From Chloroflexota bacterium (GTDB lineage: Bacteria > Chloroflexota > Dehalococcoidia > Lucifugimonadales > Lucifugimonadaceae), in contig PBHC01000012.1 of assembly GCA_002719295.1 (NCBI GenBank), positions 109,930-173,929 of the forward strand: a DNA stretch of 64,000 nt. Direction: 5' to 3'. A program made the translations under genes and the position numbers. Each line of letters begins with the position of its first letter. The stretch's first letter is position 1. Below, in pieces: positions 20,284-30,393 of this stretch. The notes below the pieces were generated by a model that was not told where the DNA came from, searched no databases, and worked only from the letters and a program-made list of their open reading frames with translations.

Positions 20284-21300
20284 TTAAGGGTAAATAGGCA
20301 AAGCTCCTATACCCATTGTTTCTTCAAAACCTTGCATTAAGTTCATGTTTTGAATAGCGGCACCTGCAGAACCTTTTACAAGATTATCCAAAGCGCTAAT
20401 AACAACCAAAGTGTTTGTATCTTCCCTTACATAAGGATATAAGTATACAAAATTTGATCCCCAAGTATGCTTTGTTGCAGGAGGTGCATCTACTATTTTA
20501 ATGAAAGGTTCGTTTTTGTAAAATTCTTTATATAGGTCAACAACGTCTTTTTCTTTGATTTCTTTTTTTAAAGTTGCGTAATTGGTACCTAAAATACCTC
20601 TTGTCATTGATACTAAGTGAGGCGTAAATAATACTTTGATTTTATTATTAGATAAAAAATTCAGCTCTTGTGCCATTTCAGGTTGATGTCTATGACCTTT
20701 AGTTCCATAAGCTGCACAATTATCATTTAATTCTGAAAATCCAAAAGCTTCTTTTGAAGTTCTTCCTGCTCCTGATATTCCTGTTTTTGAGTCAATAATT
20801 ATCAATTCTTCTATTAAATTATTACTAACTGCAGGAGACATAGATAATATTCCTCCAGTTGGAAAGCAACCTGGGTTTGCTACTAATTTACTTGCTTTAA
20901 TTTCTTTTCTGTGTAGTTCAGGAAGACCATATGTTGATTGTTCTATCAACTCAGGTCTTGGATGAGTGATATCATACCAATTTTCATAAGTAGATAAATC
21001 TTTTAGTCTAAAATCTGCTGATATATCAATAGCAGGAATTCCACTATCTACATATTGAGACAGTTTTTCAGCACTTGCTGCGTGTGGTAAAGCTGAAAAA
21101 ACAAAATCTATGTTATCTGATAATTCTTCTTGAATTTTTATATTAGTTTTTTCCAAATGAGGAAAAACTTCATTTAAATTTAAACCTGCTTTACTTCTTC
21201 CTGTTGCAGATGCAAGATGTAATTCTGGATGTGAGTAAACGAGCCTAGCAATCTCTGCTCCAGCATATCCAGTTATATTTATAATCCCGACGTTTAACAT
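20284..21300 (-). CDS. argC: N-acetyl-gamma-glutamyl-phosphate reductase
   Basis: TGYAG, ALPH, D.SADFRL, YGLPE, ANPGCFPT, SGAGR, DNLVKG.AG.A.QN. Confidence 0.96.
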   Translation of the reverse strand: MLNVGIINITGYAGAEIARLVYSHPELHLASATGRSKAGLNLNEVFPHLEKTNIKIQEELSDNIDFVFSALPHAASAEKLSQYVDSGIPAIDISADFRLKDLSTYENWYDITHPRPELIEQSTYGLPELHRKEIKASKLVANPGCFPTGGILSMSPAVSNNLIEELIIIDSKTGISGAGRTSKEAFGFSELNDNCAAYGTKGHRHQPEMAQELNFLSNNKIKVLFTPHLVSMTRGILGTNYATLKKEIKEKDVVDLYKEFYKNEPFIKIVDAPPATKHTWGSNFVYLYPYVREDTNTLVVISALDNLVKGSAGAAIQNMNLMQGFEETMGIGALPIYP

Positions 21301-21383
21301 AGCAATAAATAATTTATAAAATTTAATTTTATCTTAAATTTTAAAAGTTTAGATGAATGGTTTTATTCAACTTGCATTTATTA

Positions 21384-22037
21384 CTAGGCTTTGTTTACTT
21401 TGAATGGGTTTTTTCTATTAGGAAAGCAAGTCCTACAAATTTCACATATAGTTCCATCGCATCCTCTAGCTGTACAATTGGACCTTCCGTAATAAATAAA
21501 TTGCAAATGTAATTTATTCCAGCTTTCTTTTGGGAATAATCTTTTTAAGTCTGTTTCGGTTTTATTTACATTTTGCCCATTGGTTAATCCCCATCTTTGA
21601 GAAAGACGATGAATATGAGTGTCTACAGGGAATGCTGGATGTCCAAATCCTTGAGACATTACTACGCTTGCTGTTTTATGTCCTACTCCAGGTAAACTTT
21701 CTAAATCCTTGAAGTTTTCAGGAACAATAGAATTGAATTTATTCACTATTATTTTTGATAAATTAGAGATGTTAGAAGATTTTTGAGGAGCCAAACCGCA
21801 CGACTTAATTATATTTTCTATTTTTGATGGATGTATTTTCATCATTTTGACAGGAGTATTTGCTAAATCAAACAATTCTGGAGTAACTTTATTTACTCTT
21901 TCATCAGTACATTGAGCACTTAACAATACTGCTATTAGTAACTCAAATATATTATGATGCGATAAAGGGATAGGAGTTTCGGGATACATCTCATTGAGTT
22001 TTTTGAGAATGTAGTTTGCTCTTTCTTTTTTTAACAA
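21384..22037 (-). CDS. nth: Endonuclease III
   Basis: LLSAQCTD, HhH LPGVGHKTA, VDTH, C-terminal Cys cluster. Confidence 0.95.
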   Translation of the reverse strand: MLKKERANYILKKLNEMYPETPIPLSHHNIFELLIAVLLSAQCTDERVNKVTPELFDLANTPVKMMKIHPSKIENIIKSCGLAPQKSSNISNLSKIIVNKFNSIVPENFKDLESLPGVGHKTASVVMSQGFGHPAFPVDTHIHRLSQRWGLTNGQNVNKTETDLKRLFPKESWNKLHLQFIYYGRSNCTARGCDGTICEICRTCFPNRKNPFKVNKA

Positions 22038-22048
22038 TTTTTTCCCTT

Positions 22049-23041
22049 TTATTTATCTCTTTTCATTGAGTAATAAGCTAAATCTTCTAGTGATTCAGTA
22101 TAAACATTATTTTTTTCAATCGATTTTATGTCTTTAATAGATGATTCAATTAGATTAGAAGCTTTCTTTTTTGATTCCTCAACATGACCAGCTTTTTTGA
22201 TAGTATTTACTATTTCCTTTGCTGATATTTCTTTGTCTTTTTTTGGTAAATTGAATAATTCTTCTATGTCTTTTTTTATATTTTTATCTTTTTCTCTAGC
22301 TATTATGGAAGGATAAGTCATTATTCCATTTTTCAAATCACTTCCAACAGGTTTGCCCAATTGATTTTCTTCTCCCTCAAAATCTAGCACATCGTCAAAT
22401 ATTTGAAAACCTAATCCTAAGTTTCTACCATATGAATATAAATTTTGAATATTTTTTTCATTTGCTCCTCCCAGAAGCGCTCCGCTCATAGATGAAGTAG
22501 CAAATAAAGAAGCTGTTTTTTTGAAAATTACATCTAAGTAATCCTTTAAATCAATATTTACATCGTTACTGTTTTCTATTTCTTTCAGTTCTCCTTTAGC
22601 CAAATCAGAAATAGTAGAAGCAAATTGTTTAATTAACCTTATAGAGCCAGTATCACATACATATTCTGCACTAGTTGCAAAAAGAAAATCTCCAACCAAA
22701 ACGGCTATATGAGGTCCCCAAATATTAGAAGCAGTCTTTTCGCCTCTTCTGGTATCAGCGAAATCAACAGTATCGTCATGAACTAAAGTGGCTATATGCA
22801 ACAATTCAACAGCAGTAGCCATTTTTATCACTTTATCATCTACTTCTTTATTCCATATTTTTGAGCAAATAATTGTTAATGAAGGTCTTAGCTGCTTTCC
22901 AGGGATACTCAATACGTGATTTATAATATTTTCATTTAGATTAGATTCTGAATTATGCTGTTCGGAGATATTATTTAGTTCTAGCATAACCATTAATAAT
23001 TCATCGTTTACTAAACTAGATAGTTCTTTTTTATCCTTCAT
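22049..23041 (-). CDS. Long-chain trans-polyprenyl diphosphate synthase (HepT/IspB-like)
   Basis: GKQLRP, HDDTVD...RRG, KTA, FQIFDDVLD, GKPVGSDL. Confidence 0.92.
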   Translation of the reverse strand: MKDKKELSSLVNDELLMVMLELNNISEQHNSESNLNENIINHVLSIPGKQLRPSLTIICSKIWNKEVDDKVIKMATAVELLHIATLVHDDTVDFADTRRGEKTASNIWGPHIAVLVGDFLFATSAEYVCDTGSIRLIKQFASTISDLAKGELKEIENSNDVNIDLKDYLDVIFKKTASLFATSSMSGALLGGANEKNIQNLYSYGRNLGLGFQIFDDVLDFEGEENQLGKPVGSDLKNGIMTYPSIIAREKDKNIKKDIEELFNLPKKDKEISAKEIVNTIKKAGHVEESKKKASNLIESSIKDIKSIEKNNVYTESLEDLAYYSMKRDK

Positions 23042-24701
23042 TCAAAGATTTCCTATTCTCCATTAGTACTATTTCTTCGTCAAGCTTTGTAAACAAAGGC
23101 ATTGGCTTTTCGAAGGTTTCTCCAGGTTTTGGCAAGATTAGATTCCATTCATTTATTTGTTTTCCAAAAAGAATTTTCTGTAATTTTTGAGCTGAATTTG
23201 GAAGGAAAGGTTCTAAAATTGAACTAAGCGCATGAATGATTATGATTGATTGGCCTAAAATTTCTCCTGCTTCATCCTTATTTTCCTTCATTTTTTTCCA
23301 AGGCTCATTTTTATCAAGAAATTGATTCCCATATTTTGATAATGCCATTAATTTGTTTAGGCTTTCTCTAAATTTTCTTTTAGATATAGATTTTCCAACT
23401 TCTAAAATAGATTCATTGCACTTACTAATAATTTCTTTTGAAATTTTTGAATTAGGGTCAAAATGAGGTATTTTTCCATCATAATTTTTATGAGCCATTG
23501 TTAAAATTCTATGAATAAAATTGCCTAGATTTGCGACTAGCTCATTATTATTTGAGCTCAAGTAACCTTCCCATGTGAAATCTGAATCAGATGCCTCAGG
23601 CATAATTGAAGTAAGGTAATATCGAAGTGAATCTGCGGAGTATTTTTCTAAAAAATCAGGTAGCCAAACAGCCCAATTTTTACTTTTTGAAAATTCTTTT
23701 CCAGAAAAGTTTAAGTATTCGTTTGCAACCACTTCTGTAGGAAGATTTTTCCCTTCAATGCCAAGTAAAATAGCAGGTAATATAATCGAGTGAAAAGGAA
23801 TATTATCTTTCCCTTGAAAGTAATATGATTCTGATTTCTCATTTTCCCAAAATTCTTTCCATTGATCAGGATTATTTGAATCCTTAAAAAGTTCAACAGT
23901 TGCTGAAATATATCCTATTACAGCTTCAAACCATACATATATTTTTTTTTCTTCCCATCCATCAACAGGTATGTCTATTCCCCAAGATAAGTCTCTTGTT
24001 ATTGCTCTGTCTTTTAAACCTTCTTTAATAAATGAAAGGCTTTGATTTTTAACATTTTGTCTCCAGTCATTTTTTGACTTTAACCAATTCTTTATTTCTT
24101 TTTCCATTTCACTTAATTTTAGAAAGAAATGAGAAGTATTCCTAAATTCTGGTACTGATCCGTCTCTTTTAGATCTAATATTGCCTAGATCAGAAGGATC
24201 TAATGTTCTTCCGCAAACATCACATTGATCTCCTCTAGCTTTATCATTGTTACCACAAGGACATTCTCCTTCTACTAGACGGTCACTTAAGAATATATTT
24301 TCTGTAACTGAATAAGGCATAAGTTGTTCTCTTATTTCGAGAAAGTTTTTTTCAAGTAGAGTTTGAAAAATTTCTTGAACGATTATTCTATGATTTTCTG
24401 TATGAGTATGGGTGTAAAGATCATATTGAAAATTCATTTGATCTAGAGATTTTGACCAAATATCATGATATTTTTTAGAAATTTCCTCAGGAGTTACTCC
24501 TAAATCATTTGCTAGTAAAGTAACAGGAGTCCCGTGCATATCTGAACCTGATACCATTGCTACATTATTTCCTATAAGCCGGTTATATCTTCCAAATATA
24601 TCTGCAGGGATACTCATCCCAGCGATATGTCCTAAATGAGGAGGACCATTAACATAAGGCCAAGCAACGCAAACTAGTATATTTTTAGGTTTTGTTTCCA
24701 T
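23031..24701 (-). CDS. metG: Methionine--tRNA ligase
   Basis: PYVNG.PHLGH, D.HG, Zn knuckle, YVWFEA, GKDN..FH, FSKS. Confidence 0.96.
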   Translation of the reverse strand: METKPKNILVCVAWPYVNGPPHLGHIAGMSIPADIFGRYNRLIGNNVAMVSGSDMHGTPVTLLANDLGVTPEEISKKYHDIWSKSLDQMNFQYDLYTHTHTENHRIIVQEIFQTLLEKNFLEIREQLMPYSVTENIFLSDRLVEGECPCGNNDKARGDQCDVCGRTLDPSDLGNIRSKRDGSVPEFRNTSHFFLKLSEMEKEIKNWLKSKNDWRQNVKNQSLSFIKEGLKDRAITRDLSWGIDIPVDGWEEKKIYVWFEAVIGYISATVELFKDSNNPDQWKEFWENEKSESYYFQGKDNIPFHSIILPAILLGIEGKNLPTEVVANEYLNFSGKEFSKSKNWAVWLPDFLEKYSADSLRYYLTSIMPEASDSDFTWEGYLSSNNNELVANLGNFIHRILTMAHKNYDGKIPHFDPNSKISKEIISKCNESILEVGKSISKRKFRESLNKLMALSKYGNQFLDKNEPWKKMKENKDEAGEILGQSIIIIHALSSILEPFLPNSAQKLQKILFGKQINEWNLILPKPGETFEKPMPLFTKLDEEIVLMENRKSLNEG

Positions 24702-25521
24702 TTTTTCTTTTTATTTCCAACCATCTTTCATATAGAAAACTTTTATTTGTTCCACTTAAATCTGAAATCAGGTTTAATAAATTTTTGCCTTTTATGCCTT
24801 TTTCGTAACCTTCCATTAAAATTTTATCGTATTTCTCAATTAAAGATTTAGAATAGATAATTTTTTCGTGATTAAAAATAATTACAAATTCTCCTTTTTC
24901 ATTACTAAACTTATTAATAGCTTCATTTATTTCACCATAAAATATTGTTTCATAAATTTTTGTTAATTCTTTTCCTATAAAAATATTTTCTATATCAAAT
25001 TCATCTTTTAGAAATTTTAAAGTTGCTTTGATTCTTCTTGGTGATTCAAAAATAATCACAGGTAAATTAGTTTCATTGGATTTTGATAATAAATGTATCT
25101 TTTGCGAATTACTTTTTGGCAAAAAACCTAAAAATGTAAACCCTTTGGATTCTATGCCTGAAACAGAAAAAGCAGAAGTCAATGAAGATACTCCAGGAAT
25201 TGTTATTATATTGTGATTGTTTTTTCTTGCTAGAGATACGAATTCTCCCCCTGGATCTGAAATACCTGGCATCCCTGCATCAGAAATAAATGCAATGTCA
25301 TTTTGATTTAATAATTCTAAGAAATAGTCGGAATTTAATTTTTTATTTCGTTTGTAGATCGATACCAGTTTACTATCTACATCATATTTATTAAGGAGTT
25401 TTTTACTAACCCTGGTGTCTTCTGTAAAAATAAAATCCACTTCCTTGAAAATCTTTAAGGCTCTAAATGTTAAATCTTCTAAGTTGCCAATAGGAGTTCC
25501 TACAATATAAAGTTTTGACAA
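24685..25521 (-). CDS. rsmI: 16S rRNA (cytidine1402-2'-O)-methyltransferase
   Basis: LYIVGTPIGNLED, EDTR, SDAGMPGISDPG, FESP.R, KELTK.YE. Confidence 0.95.
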   Translation of the reverse strand: MSKLYIVGTPIGNLEDLTFRALKIFKEVDFIFTEDTRVSKKLLNKYDVDSKLVSIYKRNKKLNSDYFLELLNQNDIAFISDAGMPGISDPGGEFVSLARKNNHNIITIPGVSSLTSAFSVSGIESKGFTFLGFLPKSNSQKIHLLSKSNETNLPVIIFESPRRIKATLKFLKDEFDIENIFIGKELTKIYETIFYGEINEAINKFSNEKGEFVIIFNHEKIIYSKSLIEKYDKILMEGYEKGIKGKNLLNLISDLSGTNKSFLYERWLEIKRKNGNKT

Positions 25522-25522
25522 G

Positions 25523-26425
25523 TTATTGACTCTTTGATTGATTTATTAGTTTCTCTACTGCAGCATTATGTTGCTCATCAGCATGGTAAGAAGATCTTAC
25601 AAGTGGGCCTGCTGCTACATGGCTAAATCCCATATCCATTCCTATTTTTTGTAGTTCAGTAAATTCTTTAGGGTTATAAAATTTAATTATAGGATGATGT
25701 TTTTTTGAAGGCCTAAGGTATTGTCCTATTGTTAACAAATCTACATTATTATCTAATAAATCTTGCATTGTTTGTATTATTTCTTCTTTTGTTTCTCCTA
25801 ATCCAACCATCATGCCAGATTTAGTAGGCAAATTTGGATTTATACTTTTTGAATTTGATAGAAAATCCATTGAAAGATCATAGTCTCCTTTTGGCCTAAC
25901 TTTTTTAAATACCCTTCGAACTGTTTCAATATTGTGATTCATCACATCAGGCTCAGCTTTAATAACAATTTTCAACAAATCTTTAATTCCATTAAAATCA
26001 GGAGTCAGAACTTCAACTTTTATATTTGGTGAGAGTTTTTTTGTTTGAGAAATAGTTTTTGCAAATATTTCTGATCCAGCATCATCAAGGTCGTCTCTAT
26101 CTACGGAAGTTATTACTACATAGTTAAGTTGCATTTGTTTAATTGTCATTGCAACTCTAAATGGTTCAGATTTATCAACAAACCCTGGCCAACCAGTTTT
26201 TACATTACAATATGAGCAAGCCCTAGTGCAAGTATCTCCAAGTATCATGAAGGTTGCTGTTTTTCTATCCCAGCAATCAGCAATATTTGGACAAGCAGCT
26301 TCCTCGCATACTGTGTTTAATGATGCATTTGAAAACTTTTCTTTTAGTTCATGAAAATTTTCACCAGTTGGAAACTTTACTTTAAACCAATCTGGTAATT
26401 TTCTTTTTACTTTTACTTTCTGCAT
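25523..26425 (-). CDS. lipA: Lipoyl synthase
   Basis: CEEA.CPNI..C auxiliary cluster, CTRACSYC radical-SAM motif, RSSYHA. Confidence 0.97.
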   Translation of the reverse strand: MQKVKVKRKLPDWFKVKFPTGENFHELKEKFSNASLNTVCEEAACPNIADCWDRKTATFMILGDTCTRACSYCNVKTGWPGFVDKSEPFRVAMTIKQMQLNYVVITSVDRDDLDDAGSEIFAKTISQTKKLSPNIKVEVLTPDFNGIKDLLKIVIKAEPDVMNHNIETVRRVFKKVRPKGDYDLSMDFLSNSKSINPNLPTKSGMMVGLGETKEEIIQTMQDLLDNNVDLLTIGQYLRPSKKHHPIIKFYNPKEFTELQKIGMDMGFSHVAAGPLVRSSYHADEQHNAAVEKLINQSKSQ

Positions 26426-26486
26426 AATGATGAATCTTTATTCATTTAAATATTATCAGCAATCGAATATTGTTAGAATCTAATAT

Positions 26487-27725
26487 ATGGGTAAAAGAAG
26501 AAAAAAGAAATTTTATACGGGACCAAATTTAACCGAGGAACATAATTTTTATATTGATCAAAAACTAACTATTCTAATAGAAAAATATGATTCAAATGGA
26601 GTAGGGATGGGATTTTACAAAGAAATCCCTATAGTTGTTTTTAATTCTATTATAGGCGAAGAAATAGAAATAGCTATTGAAAAAATTTTTCCAGAAAAAA
26701 TTATAGGAAAAAATTTAAAAGTTAAACAATTTTCAGATAAAAGAACCAAAATTGCTTGTGAATTCTTTGGGAATTGCACAGGTTGTCAATGGATGCATAT
26801 AAATTATTCAGATCAACTTATTATGAAGAGAGATATTGTTGTAGACCATTTATCAAAAAATGATTTATTAATTGAAGATATAGTTGAAAAAACTATTCCT
26901 TCAAAAAAAACAATTCATTACAGAAATCACGCTAGGTTTACTGTTAGAAAAAAAGATGAAAATGAGGAGATAGGATTTGTTAATTTTCTAAATAGGCAAT
27001 GGACAAATGTAAATCAATGCAAAATTATGAATAAAACCATAAATAATAGGATGGAATTACTCAGAAATAATTTACAAGGGAAAACTCAAGTAAGCATCAG
27101 AGCTTCAGATGTAACAAATTCTTATCTTATTCAACCAAAATTTGAAAATCTAGAAATAGATACAGGCCAAAAATATTACAAAGAGAAAATTTTTAATAAT
27201 ATCTATCAAGTTGCCAGCCCTAGTTTTTTTCAAGTAAATATTTCTCAAGTTGAAAAAATATTTAAAAAGTTATTTGATTCTGATGTTTTTTATAAAAATC
27301 AAATTGTTGTAGATGCTTACTGTGGTGTGGGTACTTTTACATGTTTGGTGTCCCCATACGTAAATAAAGTTTATGGTATTGAAGAATCTGCATCTGCCGT
27401 TATAGATGCCAAAGAGAACTCAAAAAAATATTCAAACATAGAATATTTATTAGGAAAAACAGAAGAAGTCTTATCTGATGTTAATGAAAATATAGATTTA
27501 TTATTATTAGATCCACCTCGAATAGGTTGCGATGATAAAGTTATTGAAATTATTAATAAAGTAAAACCTAAGACTATTTTATTGATTTCATGCTCTCCGG
27601 AAAATTTTGCAATTGATATATCTAAACTTGTAGGAATCTCTTACGAGGTAAAAAAAATAATACCCTTTGATATGTTCCCTCAAACCCACCATGTAGAGGT
27701 AGTAGGAGTTTTGAATTTATTATGA
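26487..27725 (+). CDS. rlmD: 23S rRNA (uracil-5)-methyltransferase RlmD/RumA
   Basis: C..F..CTGCQW Fe-S motif, SFFQVN, DAYCGVG, DPPR.G, SC, DMFPQT.HVE. Confidence 0.92.
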   Translation: MGKRRKKKFYTGPNLTEEHNFYIDQKLTILIEKYDSNGVGMGFYKEIPIVVFNSIIGEEIEIAIEKIFPEKIIGKNLKVKQFSDKRTKIACEFFGNCTGCQWMHINYSDQLIMKRDIVVDHLSKNDLLIEDIVEKTIPSKKTIHYRNHARFTVRKKDENEEIGFVNFLNRQWTNVNQCKIMNKTINNRMELLRNNLQGKTQVSIRASDVTNSYLIQPKFENLEIDTGQKYYKEKIFNNIYQVASPSFFQVNISQVEKIFKKLFDSDVFYKNQIVVDAYCGVGTFTCLVSPYVNKVYGIEESASAVIDAKENSKKYSNIEYLLGKTEEVLSDVNENIDLLLLDPPRIGCDDKVIEIINKVKPKTILLISCSPENFAIDISKLVGISYEVKKIIPFDMFPQTHHVEVVGVLNLL

Positions 27726-28324
27726 GTGATTTTGTTTTTGCAACTAGTTCTCCTAGAAGAATTGAATTGCTAAAAAAAATTAATTTGAAATTTAAATTTG
27801 TTCCTCATGAGTTTGAAGAAAATAATGAACTAGATATAGGTCCGTATGAATTACTCGTTCTAAATTCTGAAAAAAAATCAAGAAGTATTTTAAAAAAATA
27901 TCCAAAAGATACAATTCTTGCATCAGACACAATCGTTTATAAAGATCGTGTCATAGGGAAGCCAAAAAATAAAATGGAAGCATTGAAAATCATCAATTTC
28001 TTGAATGATAGTTTTCATACTGTAATGACTTCAATTGTAGCGATAAACAATCAGGGAATAATTTTTTCTGGAGTTAAGACATCTCTAGTAATAACTAATA
28101 ATATTTCAACTGATAAAATAAATAAGTATATTGAATCTGAGTATTACGCGGATAAAGCTGGTGGATATGGTATTCAGAATAAAAATTTTGATTTTGTAAA
28201 AAAGTACTATGGTTGTTATGAAAATATTTTAGGTCTTCCCACTTGCCTAATTAAGGAATGTTTATCAATAATAAACATAGATAATGATTATAATTTTTCG
28301 AATTGTATAGAGAGAAATAGATGA
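27722..28324 (+). CDS. maf: Maf family nucleotide pyrophosphatase
   Basis: TSSPRR, ASDT, IGKP, DKAGGYGIQ, N..GLP. Confidence 0.93.
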   Translation: MSDFVFATSSPRRIELLKKINLKFKFVPHEFEENNELDIGPYELLVLNSEKKSRSILKKYPKDTILASDTIVYKDRVIGKPKNKMEALKIINFLNDSFHTVMTSIVAINNQGIIFSGVKTSLVITNNISTDKINKYIESEYYADKAGGYGIQNKNFDFVKKYYGCYENILGLPTCLIKECLSIINIDNDYNFSNCIERNR

Positions 28325-28599
28325 ATATATTTGGAATAGGCGGATTTGAATTATTATTAATTCTATTAATAGCATTCTTCATAGTGGGACCTTCTAATCT
28401 TTTGATTTTTATTAGAAAAACAAAAATTATATATTCAGAATTTAAGCAAAAAAGAGACGAGTTGATTTCAGTAGTAGAACAAACTATAGAAATAGATGAT
28501 GATATTGAAGAGCTTAAAAATATAAAAGAAAGCTTATCGGATGTTTCTGATAAGACTACAAAATCAATAAATAGAATGAAAAAAGATTTGGAAAAATAA
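28321..28599 (+). CDS. tatB: Twin-arginine translocase TatA/TatB subunit
   Basis: FGIG..EL...L..A..IVGP TM plus amphipathic helix; lies directly before tatC. Confidence 0.75.
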   Translation: MNIFGIGGFELLLILLIAFFIVGPSNLLIFIRKTKIIYSEFKQKRDELISVVEQTIEIDDDIEELKNIKESLSDVSDKTTKSINRMKKDLEK

Positions 28600-28602
28600 C
28601 TT

Positions 28603-29454
28603 TTGATTGAAGATAAGCCTGTAAATATTTTAGATCATTTCAGAGAGATTAAAAAAAGATTAATAAGATATTTTATTTTTCTAGGAATTTTTATTGTTAC
28701 TTCTTTGATCTTTTTTAAACAAATTATAAATATATTTATTGAACCTGCGAATAAAATATTTATCAATTCAGGTGTAGAGGGAAGTATAGTATTTGGTAGA
28801 GTCACAGAAGCTTGGGGCGCTGCTGCTAGAACCTCTATAATTTTGGGTTTTTCTTTGTCTATACCTTTTTTACTTTATGAAATAATTATGTTCCTACGAC
28901 CAGGATTAATGGGGAGAGAGAGATTTTATGTATATTTATTAATTCCTTTCTGTTTTATATTTTTTATATTGGGGGCAGCTTTCGGTTATTTTTTTGTTAT
29001 TCCTAGTGCATTGAACTTCCTAATTAATTTTGGAGATGATATAGCTCAACCCATGATTAATATTGGCCCTCTTACTTCTTTGATGTTTTCAATGATGTTT
29101 TGGATGGGTTTAATTTTTCAAATTCCTTTGATTATGTTTTTATTAGGAAGCCTCGGAATTATAACTAATGATTCATTATCGAAGTACAGAAGGTGGGTCA
29201 TTCTTATATCTTTTATATTGGGAGCATTGATTACTCCTACGGTAGACCCTATAACTCAAATTACGGTAGCTTTACCTATAATTCTATTATTTGAGGTTGG
29301 TTTGGTACTAATAAAGATTACTTCACCAGGGAAAAAGTCAAAAAGATTTTATTTTAGTTTATTTGTAATAATCTCACTAGTTGTGTTAGCGATTTTAGGT
29401 ATATTTTTTTTAAAATTAGATTCAAATAATTACTTCAGTAATATTTTAAGCTAA
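28603..29454 (+). CDS. tatC: Twin-arginine translocase TatC
   Basis: DH..E...RL, F..PGL...E, FQ.P, A.ITPT.DP.TQ, LFE.G. Confidence 0.93.
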   Translation: MIEDKPVNILDHFREIKKRLIRYFIFLGIFIVTSLIFFKQIINIFIEPANKIFINSGVEGSIVFGRVTEAWGAAARTSIILGFSLSIPFLLYEIIMFLRPGLMGRERFYVYLLIPFCFIFFILGAAFGYFFVIPSALNFLINFGDDIAQPMINIGPLTSLMFSMMFWMGLIFQIPLIMFLLGSLGIITNDSLSKYRRWVILISFILGALITPTVDPITQITVALPIILLFEVGLVLIKITSPGKKSKRFYFSLFVIISLVVLAILGIFFLKLDSNNYFSNILS

Positions 29455-29621
29455 TCTTTGTCTTCTTTTTTTTCAGATTTACTGATTGCAGTTTTGAACT
29501 CGTTTATTGCTTGCCCTAATCCTTTTCCTACTTGAGGCAACTTTCCTACACCAAATAGAACTAGAATCACAACTACAATTAATACTAACTGTAATGGTCC
29601 TAAATTTTGAATAAATCCCAT
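29451..29621 (-). CDS. tatA: Twin-arginine translocase TatA (56 aa; missing from ORF track)
   Basis: Hand translation MGFIQNLGPLQLVLIVVVILVLFGVGKLPQVGKGLGQAINEFKTAISKSEKKEDKD; FG..KLP..G..LG..I.EFK signature; AGGA RBS. Confidence 0.93.
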   Translation of the reverse strand: MGFIQNLGPLQLVLIVVVILVLFGVGKLPQVGKGLGQAINEFKTAISKSEKKEDKD

Positions 29622-29695
29622 ACTTTTCCTAATGTTTTTTAGAATTATTTTAATGATAGCAAATTATCAAATAATCTATCAGGTCTCTTTGTTAC

Positions 29696-30343
29696 CTATT
29701 TACCAGGCATATATCTCCACACAGCAACAACTTTGCCCAAAATACTAACATTATTTGATGGAAAAAACATAGGATCCATTAGAGGGTTTTCAGGTTGTAA
29801 TCTAGTATTTTCTCCTTCTCTAAAAATCCTTTTAAGCGTTGTTTCATTTTCTGAATCGATTTTAGCCGCCACCATCTCTCCATTTTTAGCTTCATTAGTT
29901 TTTTCTAATATAATAGTATCTCCATCTCCTATTAATGCGTCAATCATAGAAAACCCGGAAACCTTAAGTGCAAAAATTTTATCTTCTATGTATGAAAAAT
30001 TCTCAGGAAGTTCTATTGTATCTAAATCATCAATATCCCATCTGCTATCTTCAACTAAAGGGAATGGTTGGCCTGCTGTTATTGTTCCTAATACAGGGAC
30101 CTTTATGTTCTGATTTTTTTCAATATTATTTAGGCTAATACTTCTTGAAACTTCTGAGTCTCTATTCATTAGCCCTTTTTCTTGCAATCGGTCTAAATTA
30201 TATTTCACTACAGAAGTTGAAGAAATATCACAATTATTTTGGATGTCTCTAATTGAAGGTGGATATCCGTATTCTTCAATGTAACTTTGAATAAAATTTA
30301 GAATATCTATTTGTTTTTGTGTTAGAGGTTTAGAGTTTCTCAT
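29696..30343 (-). CDS. lexA: SOS repressor LexA
   Basis: LT.KQ..IL, GYPPSIR wHTH, Ala-Gly cleavage site (TAGQP), catalytic Ser (GFSM) and Lys (TLKR). Confidence 0.96.
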   Translation of the reverse strand: MRNSKPLTQKQIDILNFIQSYIEEYGYPPSIRDIQNNCDISSTSVVKYNLDRLQEKGLMNRDSEVSRSISLNNIEKNQNIKVPVLGTITAGQPFPLVEDSRWDIDDLDTIELPENFSYIEDKIFALKVSGFSMIDALIGDGDTIILEKTNEAKNGEMVAAKIDSENETTLKRIFREGENTRLQPENPLMDPMFFPSNNVSILGKVVAVWRYMPGK

Positions 30344-30378
30344 AATTTCAACATATGGTACATTAATGTCAACGTCAA
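30344..30378 (-). promoter_or_regulatory. Putative sigma70 promoter of lexA (probably leaderless)
   Basis: TTGACG (30378-30373), 17 nt spacer, TATGTT (30355-30350), then 6 nt to the ATG; no SD sequence. Confidence 0.55.
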
Positions 30379-30393
30379 ATCTTATGTCCTCAA

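Noticed and set aside
23031..24701. Truncated metG (no C-terminal tRNA-binding domain; EFSKS instead of KMSKS)
   Set aside because: Monomeric MetRS of about 550 aa with FSKS variants is a normal form.
30349..30361. Consensus LexA box at lexA
   Set aside because: Best match has three mismatches to GAAC-N4-GTTC; kept only as a weak candidate in the findings.
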